From: Promethearchaeota archaeon
Lineage (GTDB): Archaea > Asgardarchaeota > Lokiarchaeia > Sigyniarchaeales > SOKP01
Assembly: GCA_016839745.1 (NCBI GenBank)
Contig: JAEOTS010000141.1
Span: forward strand, 2,138-66,137
Reading direction: 5' to 3'
DNA length: 64,000 nt
Part shown: positions 18,469-28,714 of the stretch, piece after piece
Layout: every line of letters starts with the position of its first letter
Numbering within the stretch: the stretch's first letter is position 1
The notes under the pieces: model-generated
Told to the model about the DNA's origin: nothing
Databases searched by the model: none
What the model saw: the letters and a program-made list of their open reading frames with translations, nothing else
Program-made: the position numbers and the translations under genes

Positions 18469-18795
18469 TTGCTAAAGCTCTATAAGATAATATTAACAGA
18501 AGTGGGGGATTTTTCAATTGAATTCTCTACAAATGGTAAGGATGCCGTTGACAATTATAAAAATCATTCAGAAAAACCTAAAGTAATTATTATGGACCAT
18601 CGGATGCCTGTAATGAATGGTTTTGACGCAATGATCGAGATTTTGAAGTATAACAATAACACAAAAATCATCTTTGCGAGTGCTGATACAACAATGAAAG
18701 AAGTTTCTATTTCAATGGGGGCTATGGCGTTTATTAGTAAACCTTTTAAGATTCAAGAATTAATTAATTTAGTCAATAAAGCAATAAAAGAGTAA
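18469..18795 (+). CDS. single-domain response regulator (receiver); true start probably upstream at 18433-18445
   Basis: Phospho-acceptor context VIIMDHRMPVMNG and ISKPF at the end. The conserved KILVVDDD lies in frame upstream of the TTG used by the ORF track. Confidence 0.8.
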   Translation: MLKLYKIILTEVGDFSIEFSTNGKDAVDNYKNHSEKPKVIIMDHRMPVMNGFDAMIEILKYNNNTKIIFASADTTMKEVSISMGAMAFISKPFKIQELINLVNKAIKE

Positions 18796-18816
18796 TTTTA
18801 TAAGGTGTAATGAGTA

Positions 18817-21099
18817 GTGGAGAAAATTCATGATAAAGAACGAGAATTAAGAGAGTTAGAAAAAAGATACAAATTATTTTATGAATACGCTCCACTTCCT
18901 TATCAATCTTTGGATGAAGATACTAATATTATAGATGTTAATCAAGCTTGGCTTGATTTTTTAGGATATGATAAAGAAGAAGTGTTAGGGAAGTGTTTTG
19001 GGGAGTATCTAGTTCTCAAAAGTAGAGAATTATTAACTTCTAGATTTTCACATTTTAAAGACGTAGGAGTAATACGGGATGTAGAATATGAAATCGTTAA
19101 AAAAGATGGCACTCATGGAATTATTTGGTTAGATGGAAGAATAGAATTCGATAAAAACGGGAATTTTCAACAAGCACATTGTTTTTTCAAGGATATTACC
19201 GAACGGAAACGGACTGAAAAGAAATTAAAAGAATCTGAAGAAAAATTCAGAAACATAGCTGAACAATCTTTTATGAGCATTTATATCATACAGGATGGAA
19301 TTTTTAAGTATAGAAATCAGCGAGCTACGGATGTTAGTGGATATAGTAGAGAGGATATTAAGAACTGGGAACCCTATGAGTACGCAAAAATAATACACCC
19401 TGAGGATCGAGAGCTTGTTTTAGAACAATCTAAAAAAAAACAAGAAGGGGACCTCAATGTCATAAACCGCTATAAATTTCGAATAATAAAAAAATCTGGC
19501 GAGATTGTTTGGATTGATAATTTTTCTAAAACTATTAATTATAAGGGGAGACCCGCAGATTTGGTTATAACTGAAGATATAACAGAAAAAATTGTTGCAG
19601 AACAAAAACTAAAAGAATCTGAAGAAAAATATCGAACTCTCATTGAAAACATGCCTGATGCAATATATTCATCTTTACCTGATGCAAATAGTACAACATT
19701 ATTTCTATCTAATAGATGGGAGGACTGGACAGGTATACCTGTAGAAGACTATTTAAAAGATCCTAATCTTTTTTTTCAAACAATCCATCCCGATGATCGT
19801 GAGGAAACTAATAAAATATATGAAGATGCCATAAAAAATGGGAAGGAGTTTATCCTTAATTATAGAGTAAAACATAAATATACGGGTAAAGAGGTATATA
19901 TAAGAGATCATGGTGTCCCTATTAAAAACAATAAAGGAGAAATAACAAGTTATAATGGTGTAATGAGTAATATTACAGATTTAATAAAAGCAGAGGAAAA
20001 GTTAATAGAATCTGAATTAAAATATAAATATCTTTTTGAAAACGCGCAAGTAGGATTATATTGGTCTCGTATAAGTGATGGAAAATTTTTAGAATGCAAT
20101 GAAACTTTTGCGAAATTATTTGGGTACAACAATCGAGAGGAATGTTTAGCGGATTACATTGCTACTGAACATTATGTTAATCCTCACCAACGGATTGAAA
20201 TTTTAGAAGCAATTCGTACTAATAAAGAAGTTAGAGGATATGAGATACTAGTCACCAAAAGAGATGGTACTCCTATATGGTTGAGCATTTCTGCTCGAAT
20301 GTTTGAAAATGAAAATAGGATTGAGGGTGCTGCGATTGACATCACCAAACGTAAAAAAGCGGAACAAGAATTAATAGAATCTGAAGAACGATACAGAAAA
20401 GCGTATGATAAGGCTGATTTCTACAAGGATCTACTAGCGCACGATGTGGGTAATATTCTTAACAATATTAATGCTTCAGTTCAATTAATGAAAATCTGGA
20501 ACGGTGATTATAATATCTCAGAGAAAGAAAGGGACATGACTGAGATAATAAAACAACAATTAGAGAGGGGAGCATCTCTGGTTTCAAATGTGCGAAAACT
20601 TTCAGAGATAGAAGAAGGAGAAATGAGTGTAAAATCTACGGATGCAAAAAATTTACTCGGGAAGTGCATTGAAAATATTCGTTCAAGATTTCATGAAAGG
20701 GAAGTAGAAATAAATTTTAGCGCTGTTCAAGAAATTAGTAATGTTATGGGTGGGGCACTTCTAATAGATGCCTTTGAAAACCTGATAATAAACGGGGTTA
20801 TTCACAACGACAGCGAAAAAATAAGACTATGGATTGAAATATCTAAAGTTTATCAGGAAGGCAGAAATTTTGTAAAGATCGAATTTAAAGATAATGGATT
20901 AGGTATAATCGAAGATAGAAAAAAGACCATTTTTAAACGGAATTATAAAAAGGACAGGAGCACGGGTGGAATGGGTATAGGGTTGTCGTTAGTGAAAAAC
21001 ATAATCAATAGCTACGGTGGGCAGGCATGGGTCGAAAATAGGGTAATGGGGGATTATTCACAGGGTAGTAATTTTATTATCTTGTTAAAGGAAGGATAA
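18817..21099 (+). CDS. multi-PAS sensor histidine kinase
   Basis: At least four PAS/PAC-like repeats separated by EKLKESEEK(F/Y)R linkers. H-box LAHDVGNIL. HATPase_c G-boxes DNGLGI and GGMGIGLSLVKNII. GTG start 9 nt after AAGGTG. Confidence 0.9.
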   Translation: MEKIHDKERELRELEKRYKLFYEYAPLPYQSLDEDTNIIDVNQAWLDFLGYDKEEVLGKCFGEYLVLKSRELLTSRFSHFKDVGVIRDVEYEIVKKDGTHGIIWLDGRIEFDKNGNFQQAHCFFKDITERKRTEKKLKESEEKFRNIAEQSFMSIYIIQDGIFKYRNQRATDVSGYSREDIKNWEPYEYAKIIHPEDRELVLEQSKKKQEGDLNVINRYKFRIIKKSGEIVWIDNFSKTINYKGRPADLVITEDITEKIVAEQKLKESEEKYRTLIENMPDAIYSSLPDANSTTLFLSNRWEDWTGIPVEDYLKDPNLFFQTIHPDDREETNKIYEDAIKNGKEFILNYRVKHKYTGKEVYIRDHGVPIKNNKGEITSYNGVMSNITDLIKAEEKLIESELKYKYLFENAQVGLYWSRISDGKFLECNETFAKLFGYNNREECLADYIATEHYVNPHQRIEILEAIRTNKEVRGYEILVTKRDGTPIWLSISARMFENENRIEGAAIDITKRKKAEQELIESEERYRKAYDKADFYKDLLAHDVGNILNNINASVQLMKIWNGDYNISEKERDMTEIIKQQLERGASLVSNVRKLSEIEEGEMSVKSTDAKNLLGKCIENIRSRFHEREVEINFSAVQEISNVMGGALLIDAFENLIINGVIHNDSEKIRLWIEISKVYQEGRNFVKIEFKDNGLGIIEDRKKTIFKRNYKKDRSTGGMGIGLSLVKNIINSYGGQAWVENRVMGDYSQGSNFIILLKEG

Positions 21100-21180
21100 T
21101 CTCGAAACTAAGAGCAATTATTAGGAGAAAATTTTGCCTTTACGGGTAAAGTTTTTTTACACTATTTAATTTTTTCTATC

Positions 21181-21822
21181 ATGTCTCAAGATATCGTACA
21201 AATTAAACTTAGTATAGATATACCTCAAGATAAATGGCTAGCAACATTCAACAAGAAATATCCCGAATTGAATTTTCATATTCTTTCAAACTTTCTAATT
21301 GGAGAAAATTTGGGGATTACTTCTTTTCAAATAAGGGGTTCTTCTGTAAAACAATTCATTTCTGATTTTAAAGATAGATTAGCAAAAAATTCTTCACAAA
21401 TTTTATTTGAAGGTAAAGATCTCGTAATATTGAATGTAAAGGAAGTCGATCCATGGATATTGAATACTCTAGTTAAAACAGAGCTTTTAGTATCTTATCC
21501 CGTGCTGGTAAAAGAGGGTAAAATTAGAATGGAAGCTATAACAAACCGGTCTAAAGTAGATAAATTTTTAACCCAGTTAAAAAAAAAAGACATAAAAGCA
21601 AAGATTGAACGTATAGGGTATTTTTATAAATCAACTCTCCTCACTCAAAGACAAAATGAAATAGTAAATCTTGCAGATAAAAAGGGATTCTTTAACATTC
21701 CAAGAAACATTTCGTTAAGTGAATTTGCTAAAGATTTAAATATTTCAAAATCTGCGCTTTCTGAAACCTTGAGACGAATATTCAAAAAGTTAGCTCACAA
21801 TTACCTTAATTCTAACAATTAA
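21181..21822 (+). CDS. HTH_10 (bacterio-opsin activator-type) DNA-binding protein
   Basis: C-terminal LTQRQNEIVNLADKKGFFNIPRNISLSEFAKDLNISKSALSETLRRIFKKL is the Bat-type HTH. Confidence 0.7.
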   Translation: MSQDIVQIKLSIDIPQDKWLATFNKKYPELNFHILSNFLIGENLGITSFQIRGSSVKQFISDFKDRLAKNSSQILFEGKDLVILNVKEVDPWILNTLVKTELLVSYPVLVKEGKIRMEAITNRSKVDKFLTQLKKKDIKAKIERIGYFYKSTLLTQRQNEIVNLADKKGFFNIPRNISLSEFAKDLNISKSALSETLRRIFKKLAHNYLNSNN

Positions 21823-21866
21823 ATCGCTTTAAAAAGAAAAAATCTTTTATAGTTCCCATTTTTTTA

Positions 21867-22757
21867 TTAAACCTGTGATAATAGTTCTATTAGCGCTCGA
21901 GGAATCTCTTTATAATTGTTTACTGCAAAAAATTTACCTTGTCCAGCTCGAGCTATTTCTCGACAAGTATCAATTCCTCTTTCAGCATCGTTTTCAGCCG
22001 GTATTCCGATTACATGTAATTTGGGGTATTTTCTTGCCAATTCAATGGGATTTACTCCTCTATTATAGTTTCCATCAGTGATTAAAATTCCAAATTTATG
22101 TCTTGTTTTTTCTTTAACCTTGTTTAATTCTTTTAATCCATTTTCTAAACCGGTATTAATATTTGTAAAACCAGCTGCTTCCGAATCAAGAATTTCATCT
22201 ATAATGGTTATAACCGGCTTCTTCTCATCTATTTTTTTAAGAACCATAGCCGTGGAATTGAAAAGAACTATACCATAGCTTTCTTTCTCCATATTATAAG
22301 CCAATACGGATGTAGTAAGTGCTGCATTAAGTAGAAGCTTCCCATACATACTCCCACTCGTATCTAAGATCATAATAATTTTTCTTTTTTGCTTTTTTCT
22401 TTGTATTCCGAAGATATCCTTATAAGTAAGACTTTTTTTATAGATATTTAATGGATTATGTTGAATAGTTTCGTCTATGTCGAACTCTGGATGACCTATC
22501 TGATAAGAAGGAGTAACCTTTTTAAAATTTCCTCTAATTCCCTTACTAGTTATTTTTAACGAGGTTTTTATTATACTCTGTCTTGCTAATCGTCTAAAGA
22601 TATGTTTATACTTTTCTGAAATTGGTCGTCGAATAAAGAAGTAAACTTCAGCCATAGAAGCTTCAGAATTTTTTGCTTTTTCTGAAAAGAATTTCACTCC
22701 TTCATCACAATCTAATGCGTCTGTTGCAGCGTACACATTTGATTTTAGCAGCCCCAT
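21867..22757 (-). CDS. von Willebrand factor A (VWA) domain protein; frame open upstream to 22988
   Basis: MIDAS motif ILDTSGSM, with later T and D ligands (GFTNI, ITDGN). It lies downstream of a MoxR-type ATPase. Confidence 0.8.
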   Translation of the reverse strand: MGLLKSNVYAATDALDCDEGVKFFSEKAKNSEASMAEVYFFIRRPISEKYKHIFRRLARQSIIKTSLKITSKGIRGNFKKVTPSYQIGHPEFDIDETIQHNPLNIYKKSLTYKDIFGIQRKKQKRKIIMILDTSGSMYGKLLLNAALTTSVLAYNMEKESYGIVLFNSTAMVLKKIDEKKPVITIIDEILDSEAAGFTNINTGLENGLKELNKVKEKTRHKFGILITDGNYNRGVNPIELARKYPKLHVIGIPAENDAERGIDTCREIARAGQGKFFAVNNYKEIPRALIELLSQV

Positions 22758-22972
22758 TATTGCTTCGAGGTTTTTATGGTGAATAGATAAGTAGGTTAAT
22801 TCTTTAATCTGCTTATAATCTAAGGCATTCGCTAAATGTTGATAATAATCTGGTTTTTTCTTCCTTTTACGGATTATTTCATACCTAAGGATTTTTTCAT
22901 CCGGAATACTTTCTGTTAGTCTTACATGAAGTCTTCTATTCTCAATCTCCTCGGAATCGGAGAAATCATCGA

Positions 22973-23845
22973 TTATTGAAAATCCACTTTATTTAGAACC
23001 GATAACACGATGTTAGTGATTATCTCCTTTTTTGAGCTAGTAACACCATCTTCCAGCTCAATCTTGTTATATAGAGCCATAACTGCGGTATTAACCCAAT
23101 TTTTTGTGCTGTCGCTGTTTTCAGTTTTAGAAATCAATTGAGCTAAGTCAATCGCTCCCCTTATAGAACTTCCTCTCCTTATTGAACTGTTATTTCTTGT
23201 TTGATCTACTATTTGCTGAGAAATTTGAGCAATTTTTTCCCCACCAGAGTTATCTAAATTAGCTTCTTGCTTGATAATAAGAATTTCTTCTGTGGGAGGT
23301 TGAAAATCCAAACTAATCCAGATAAATCTATCCTTTAACGCTTCTCCAATAACAGTCACACCAACATGAGCTGCAGGATTCTGAGTAGCGATGGCGAAGA
23401 ACTTCTTATGAGCTTTAATAGTTTTTAATTTAGGGATTTCTAAAATACCTTCATCCAATGCCGTTAGTAGTGAATTTTGGGTACTTTCGGGCATTCTATT
23501 AATTTCATTTATAAAAAGGCAGCCTCCTTTTAGCATAGAAGAAGCGAGCGGACCGTAGATATATGATTCTTCTAAGTATCCTTTTGATATCACTAAGGGG
23601 GGGTCAAAATAACCGACTAAATTATGAGGTAGTGTTTCCTCAGAACAATCGATACGGGCAAATTCAGTATCATAAAAAGAAGAAATTGCTTTAGCTATCC
23701 TAGTTTTTCCTACTCCAACTTCTCCCTCGATAATTAGGTTTTTATCTACTAACCTTGCTAAAATAATATTTTCTAACTCTTCAGTTCTCCCAATTATTTT
23801 ATATCTTTTTTGTATTTCTTTCACAATCTCAGATGCATTGAGCAT
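22973..23845 (-). CDS. MoxR-like AAA+ ATPase
   Basis: Walker A GEVGVGKT. Walker B / MoxR block LFINEINRMPESTQNSLLTALDEG. Paired with a VWA gene. Confidence 0.85.
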   Translation of the reverse strand: MLNASEIVKEIQKRYKIIGRTEELENIILARLVDKNLIIEGEVGVGKTRIAKAISSFYDTEFARIDCSEETLPHNLVGYFDPPLVISKGYLEESYIYGPLASSMLKGGCLFINEINRMPESTQNSLLTALDEGILEIPKLKTIKAHKKFFAIATQNPAAHVGVTVIGEALKDRFIWISLDFQPPTEEILIIKQEANLDNSGGEKIAQISQQIVDQTRNNSSIRRGSSIRGAIDLAQLISKTENSDSTKNWVNTAVMALYNKIELEDGVTSSKKEIITNIVLSVLNKVDFQ

Positions 23846-23953
23846 GTTGTTAATAATAATACATATCTAAAAAATTATACCTACGAAAGTAATAGGGTTT
23901 ATTAAATATTAGAGGAATTTTTTAATAAGGAATGATTTCATTTCAACTTAATA

Positions 23954-26017
23954 ATGCTTTTAAAATATATGGTTGTTAAGAACAAAAGGAAAAGTGTTGT
24001 TTTTGGGTTCACCGTAATTGCTGTGGTTCTATTAGTTCCAATAATTTTTAACATTTCAACAGAGCTTATTAAAAACGACACTTCTTTATTCTCTTTATCT
24101 GCTAATGGAGATAATTTTAACATTTTAGACTTTTGGGATAATGAAATTGAAAGAGTAAATAGTACACCATTAAATATTGTTTATGGAAATAATCGTACCA
24201 TAGAACATGAAATTTCTTATTCAGATAAACTGTATGAATTGAAAGCTCGAGATATTTATTTTGATTCTCCGAATTGGGTTGGAGCGCAACCTCAGAACCT
24301 CACATTATATGGTGTTTTACTTTATCCGGAAATTATTAAGAATAGTAATCCAGGAGCTTTGTGTATGCATGGATTAAATGGAAAAGTAGAAGATGCTTTC
24401 GATTTAGCTATACCATATTTAGAGAAAGGCTTTATAGTTTTATGCCATTCACATCCAGGTCACGGTAAATCAGAAGGAGCAGAACCAGAACCAGGGAATC
24501 TTTATTATGAAGGGGCATATAACGAATCAGCTCATTTTTATCTAACTCTATGTGGAGCAATTCAAGGATTAAGGGTCCTTGAAAGTCTTCCGTCTGTAAA
24601 TAATTCTCAAATAATGGTTACAGGTAAATCATACGGAGGATTAAATGCTATGTGGTTAGCTGGAATTTCAGGGGAGAGAATCGCGGGTGTTACAGCTTAT
24701 ATTGCAATAGGAGATATCGCTCAAAATTTACTTCATCCCGAGAAATTAATTTTCTGGGTATTAGGCAAAAATGTTAGAGAAATTCCTGATTCATACTTGA
24801 CAAACCAACTCTTAAGATTTGACCCTATTTATTATTTGAAATCTGCCAAACTTCCTCCAATAATGTGGCAAATAGGAACAAACGATGATTTTTTCCATTA
24901 CAGTTCAATTAAGGGTACTTACGATGCTGTTCAGCATACTAACAAATTTCTTCAGATTTTTCCTAACGATCATCACGGTTTTCCTGGATTTGAGGGCTCA
25001 TCTAAATTCTTTATTGATTTTATTCTAAATGATGGCTCGTTACCACCTAAAATCAATCTAACTAACATTTATAAAGCACAAGATCTTCGTGGAGATAATC
25101 TGCGTATTGCTTTAAGAGTAAACTCATCTGAAGAAATCGATTCAGTCCAAATAGTATATAGATATACAGATATTATTGGGACTTGTTGGGAACGAGAAAA
25201 TCTTTTCAAAACCGATGGAATCTATTGGGAAGGAGAAATATCTCCAACAACTTTTAGTTCAAATCTTGATTATTATATTATAGTCAATTTAAAAAACATG
25301 ACTAATATATGGTTTTCCTCCGAGATATTCTCAGCGGGGATAATGAGAACTAATCTAACTATCCCCTTCGTTATTATCATCTCAATTATAGTTGCCATCC
25401 CTCTTTTTTTGTCTATCCGAAGGAAGTTCCAGAAAATAAATGGAAGGACTTCAGAAGAAATCTCTAAAGAAAAACACAATTTTTTCGTCCAAATTACATT
25501 AATATTTGCTTTAGATTTTATTTATTACCTTTCGATTATACTACCATGGATAGTCTATGAAAGTGGGGAAATTGTTCTCAATCACATTTATATTTTTAAT
25601 AACATCTACACATGGAAATTAAATTTTGGTGAGATTGCTCCTTTTTTGACTATAATATTTTTTATAGCTACAATAATTAATTCCCAACTTAACTTCATCA
25701 ATCTAAGGTTTTCAGCAATTATTAAATTAATATATCCAACCCTAATGCTAGTTTTTATAAGCATTACACCATTTATTTCGGGTGCGTTAGATCCATCTAG
25801 CTTAATATCTAATTTTGGAATAACTTTCCCAGGAATAGGTCCTTTCCTAATGATAATATCGGCTATGTCGCTATTTTTTGTAGGTAGATGGGAAAGAAGA
25901 AATAAGGTAGCTTTAGGTTTAGTAGTGAAAAAATCAATAAATTGGCTTAAATTTAGAGAAAGAATAAGTAACAAGTTTGAATTATTTCGGCAGAGAATAC
26001 GATCTAAAAGAAAATAG
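23954..26017 (+). CDS. alpha/beta hydrolase (acetyl-xylan-esterase / dienelactone-hydrolase-like) with N-terminal anchor and C-terminal polytopic membrane domain
   Basis: Nucleophile elbow GKSYGG and late HHGF. N-terminal TM. About six hydrophobic segments lie after residue ~470. Confidence 0.6.
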   Translation: MLLKYMVVKNKRKSVVFGFTVIAVVLLVPIIFNISTELIKNDTSLFSLSANGDNFNILDFWDNEIERVNSTPLNIVYGNNRTIEHEISYSDKLYELKARDIYFDSPNWVGAQPQNLTLYGVLLYPEIIKNSNPGALCMHGLNGKVEDAFDLAIPYLEKGFIVLCHSHPGHGKSEGAEPEPGNLYYEGAYNESAHFYLTLCGAIQGLRVLESLPSVNNSQIMVTGKSYGGLNAMWLAGISGERIAGVTAYIAIGDIAQNLLHPEKLIFWVLGKNVREIPDSYLTNQLLRFDPIYYLKSAKLPPIMWQIGTNDDFFHYSSIKGTYDAVQHTNKFLQIFPNDHHGFPGFEGSSKFFIDFILNDGSLPPKINLTNIYKAQDLRGDNLRIALRVNSSEEIDSVQIVYRYTDIIGTCWERENLFKTDGIYWEGEISPTTFSSNLDYYIIVNLKNMTNIWFSSEIFSAGIMRTNLTIPFVIIISIIVAIPLFLSIRRKFQKINGRTSEEISKEKHNFFVQITLIFALDFIYYLSIILPWIVYESGEIVLNHIYIFNNIYTWKLNFGEIAPFLTIIFFIATIINSQLNFINLRFSAIIKLIYPTLMLVFISITPFISGALDPSSLISNFGITFPGIGPFLMIISAMSLFFVGRWERRNKVALGLVVKKSINWLKFRERISNKFELFRQRIRSKRK

Positions 26018-26024
26018 GTAAAAA

Positions 26025-26879
26025 TTAAAATAGATTTAAGTACAAGCGATATAAAGATGGTGGTTGAGGAAATGGTAAAATTCCAAAGAGATATAGTGTT
26101 CCTAAAATAAATAGGGAAAGACAAATAAAAATAAATATGAAATCTCTAACATGAAACCTAATAACTATCAAGTTTGTTCTTTTCTTGTCTATCCCAAAAC
26201 ATCTGTTTTCCATTGAAAGAGATGTTGTATGTCCTTTTCTTAAAATTGACACAAGTGTCCCAATTAATCTCTCAGATATAAACGCATAAGCTTTTCGAAA
26301 GCTTTTAACCTGATCTAAACTGAATCCTCTTGCTTGTTGAGCAAGAGCTATTGTTTTTGCCTCTTGTTCTATTGTAGGAATATATTTAACTCCCACCATA
26401 AAAGCGAAACAAAATTTATACGGTATTTTAAGCCGTATTAGAGAATAGACAAAATCCTTCGTAGAAGTTGTATTAGTGAATAATATTGCTGAAGTATATA
26501 ACGTAAATAATATGAAAACTGCCCGTAATCCAAAATACAACGCTAATTTTCTTATTGGTAAAAATTTTAAGTTAAATAAATAGAACAAAATAATTTCTTC
26601 TTCATTAGGAATAGCATTGAAAAACAAGTTAAGAACTAAACTAATGATTAAAATGAAAAAGAGAATTTTAAGCTTTCTAATAAGCATTTTAAAGGAAATT
26701 TGGCTTAATAGCATTATTAAGATAATAAATATTGAAAGAATCAGCAACAAAATTAAACTTCGTATTAAAAATGTAAAAATGGTTAAAAGAACAAGAAATA
26801 TCAGCTTAGAAATTGGATTTATTTTATGCATTAGAGAAGTCCCTTTAATATACGCAAAAATTAATTGCTTGTTATCCAA
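26025..26879 (-). CDS. ecfT: ECF transporter transmembrane (T) component, EcfT/CbiQ family
   Basis: Polytopic protein. Conserved coupling helix motif ALAQQARGF. Adjacent to a fused ECF ATPase. Confidence 0.75.
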   Translation of the reverse strand: MDNKQLIFAYIKGTSLMHKINPISKLIFLVLLTIFTFLIRSLILLLILSIFIILIMLLSQISFKMLIRKLKILFFILIISLVLNLFFNAIPNEEEIILFYLFNLKFLPIRKLALYFGLRAVFILFTLYTSAILFTNTTSTKDFVYSLIRLKIPYKFCFAFMVGVKYIPTIEQEAKTIALAQQARGFSLDQVKSFRKAYAFISERLIGTLVSILRKGHTTSLSMENRCFGIDKKRTNLIVIRFHVRDFIFIFICLSLFILGTLYLFGILPFPQPPSLYRLYLNLF

Positions 26880-26892
26880 AAGCTTATTCTTT

Positions 26893-28710
26893 TTACTTAT
26901 GATTAATCACCCCGCTAAGCATTTCATCTATCGAATCTAAGAGAAGAGTAGGTCCTAAATTTCTATGTTTACTAAAATAATTATCTTTATTGTCAAAGTC
27001 TCTTACTGTACCGTCTTTATTAAGCTCTAAAATCCGTTGAGTATATTTCAACAGAAGATGATAATCGTGAGATGAAATTATTATAGTCTTTCCTCTTTTA
27101 TTTTCAAGATAGAGAGTTTCTACTAGTGAATCTATAGTTCTTTGATCTTGCCCAATAAAAGGTTCGTCTAAAAGAATTATTTCAGGATTATAGACAAATA
27201 TAGAACTTAAGTTCAATCTTCTTTTCTGCCCCCAACTAAGCTTAAAAGGATTTTTTGTGGATTTTTCTTTCCCAATAATGCGAATTAATTTTGCCATATA
27301 ATCCTCAGGGATATTCTCAAGCATGCCAAAATTCTTCGGACCATAGAGAATCTCGTCTTTAATAGTTGAGTTAAATATCATATTCTCGGGGTTTTGAAAA
27401 ATAAACCCAATCTGTTTTGCATATTCCAATGATCCAATATCTCTAATATTCTGATCATTATAGTAGATAGTTCCGCTTGTAGGTTCATATAAATTAGCTA
27501 ATAAATAAAGCAGCGTAGTTTTCCCGGATCCATTCGGTCCGACTAGACCAATAAAATCTCCTTTTTGAATATTTATAGAAAGATTATTTATTGCTTTAAT
27601 TCCGCTATTTGGGTAAACAAAATCTACATTTTTGGTTTTAAGAATATATTTATTACCCTCTTTATTAACTGTTTGTTCTTCCCTATTATCGTGTGCGTCT
27701 TTTAAAGATTCTATATATAAATCTTGAAATTCAATTACATCTTCAAAAGATTTAAATTTTTCAAGAGCTTTCGGTAATATTTCTTTTTCAATAAGTAGAG
27801 CTCGCAATTTTAAAAGGTTTTCTTTTGATAATTTTTGTTGTATTTCTAATAACTCATTGAAATTTGTAGGATTTTTGGTATTCTTATATTCCAAGGATAT
27901 CTCTTTAAAATCATTATATAAATCGATAATCCAAGGTAATCTGACATTGCAGGACTTTAATGGAGTATAGTTATTAATGAGAATTTCCGATAATTTACCG
28001 TTAAGGTGAATTTCACCATTACCATCCAGAACAATAATCTTATCAGCTATATCCATTACTCTCGATAAACGGTGCTCAATTATGATCAAAGTGGTTTTAA
28101 ACGATTCAGCCTCTTTTAATTTTTTCAATTGAGTTAACAGTAGACTTTCAGATTGTTGATCTAAAAACGCGATTGGTTCATCTAAAATTAAGATTTTAGG
28201 GTCCATTACGAGAAAGGAACTTAATATTGTGAGTTGTTTTTGACCTCCACTAAGTTGTTCTATATCTCTGTTTAAAATATGCGAAATTCCCATAAAATCC
28301 GATATTTCTTTCACCCTTTTTGCTATTAAATCTTTATCCAAATTTAAATTTTCAAGTCCAAATGCAATCTCATCTTTGACTGTAAAAGTAGTCATTTGCT
28401 CTAAGGGGTTTTGTTTCACTAAGCCAACTAATTTACTTAGTTGAGAAAAATTATAATTCCAAATACTTTTACCATGAATTTTAACATCTCCTTTCATAAA
28501 TCCTTTTAATCTCCAAGGAATGATACCGTTCATGGCATACGAAAGCGTGGATTTTCCGCTACCACTCGGTCCTGCTAAAATTAAGATATCTCCTTGATTA
28601 AGGCTGAAATTAATGTTTTTAACAGCGGGTAAAGTAGCCTTATCTTCGCCATAAATAAATGAAAAATCCTCAAAAGATAAAGCCAAATCCGTATTGGCGA
28701 TTTTGATCAC
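26893..28710 (-). CDS. ecfA: fused tandem ABC ATPase (ECF A1-A2 type)
   Basis: Two full cassettes. The first has GPSGSGKST / LSGGQKQ / ILILDEP. The second has GPNGSGKTT / LSWGQKRR / IILLDEP. Confidence 0.9.
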   Translation of the reverse strand: MIKIANTDLALSFEDFSFIYGEDKATLPAVKNINFSLNQGDILILAGPSGSGKSTLSYAMNGIIPWRLKGFMKGDVKIHGKSIWNYNFSQLSKLVGLVKQNPLEQMTTFTVKDEIAFGLENLNLDKDLIAKRVKEISDFMGISHILNRDIEQLSGGQKQLTILSSFLVMDPKILILDEPIAFLDQQSESLLLTQLKKLKEAESFKTTLIIIEHRLSRVMDIADKIIVLDGNGEIHLNGKLSEILINNYTPLKSCNVRLPWIIDLYNDFKEISLEYKNTKNPTNFNELLEIQQKLSKENLLKLRALLIEKEILPKALEKFKSFEDVIEFQDLYIESLKDAHDNREEQTVNKEGNKYILKTKNVDFVYPNSGIKAINNLSINIQKGDFIGLVGPNGSGKTTLLYLLANLYEPTSGTIYYNDQNIRDIGSLEYAKQIGFIFQNPENMIFNSTIKDEILYGPKNFGMLENIPEDYMAKLIRIIGKEKSTKNPFKLSWGQKRRLNLSSIFVYNPEIILLDEPFIGQDQRTIDSLVETLYLENKRGKTIIISSHDYHLLLKYTQRILELNKDGTVRDFDNKDNYFSKHRNLGPTLLLDSIDEMLSGVINHK

Positions 28711-28714
28711 TCCT

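Noticed and set aside
25606-26124. 172-aa minus-strand ORF overlapping the 3' end of the hydrolase gene. Similar antisense ORFs occur at 39053-39484, 47817-48290, 11051-11374, 26617-26940 and 38327-38623.
   Set aside because: All lie antisense within longer ORFs that carry clear family motifs. Their translations are low-complexity Ile/Leu/Phe/Ser-rich sequences typical of AT-rich shadow frames.
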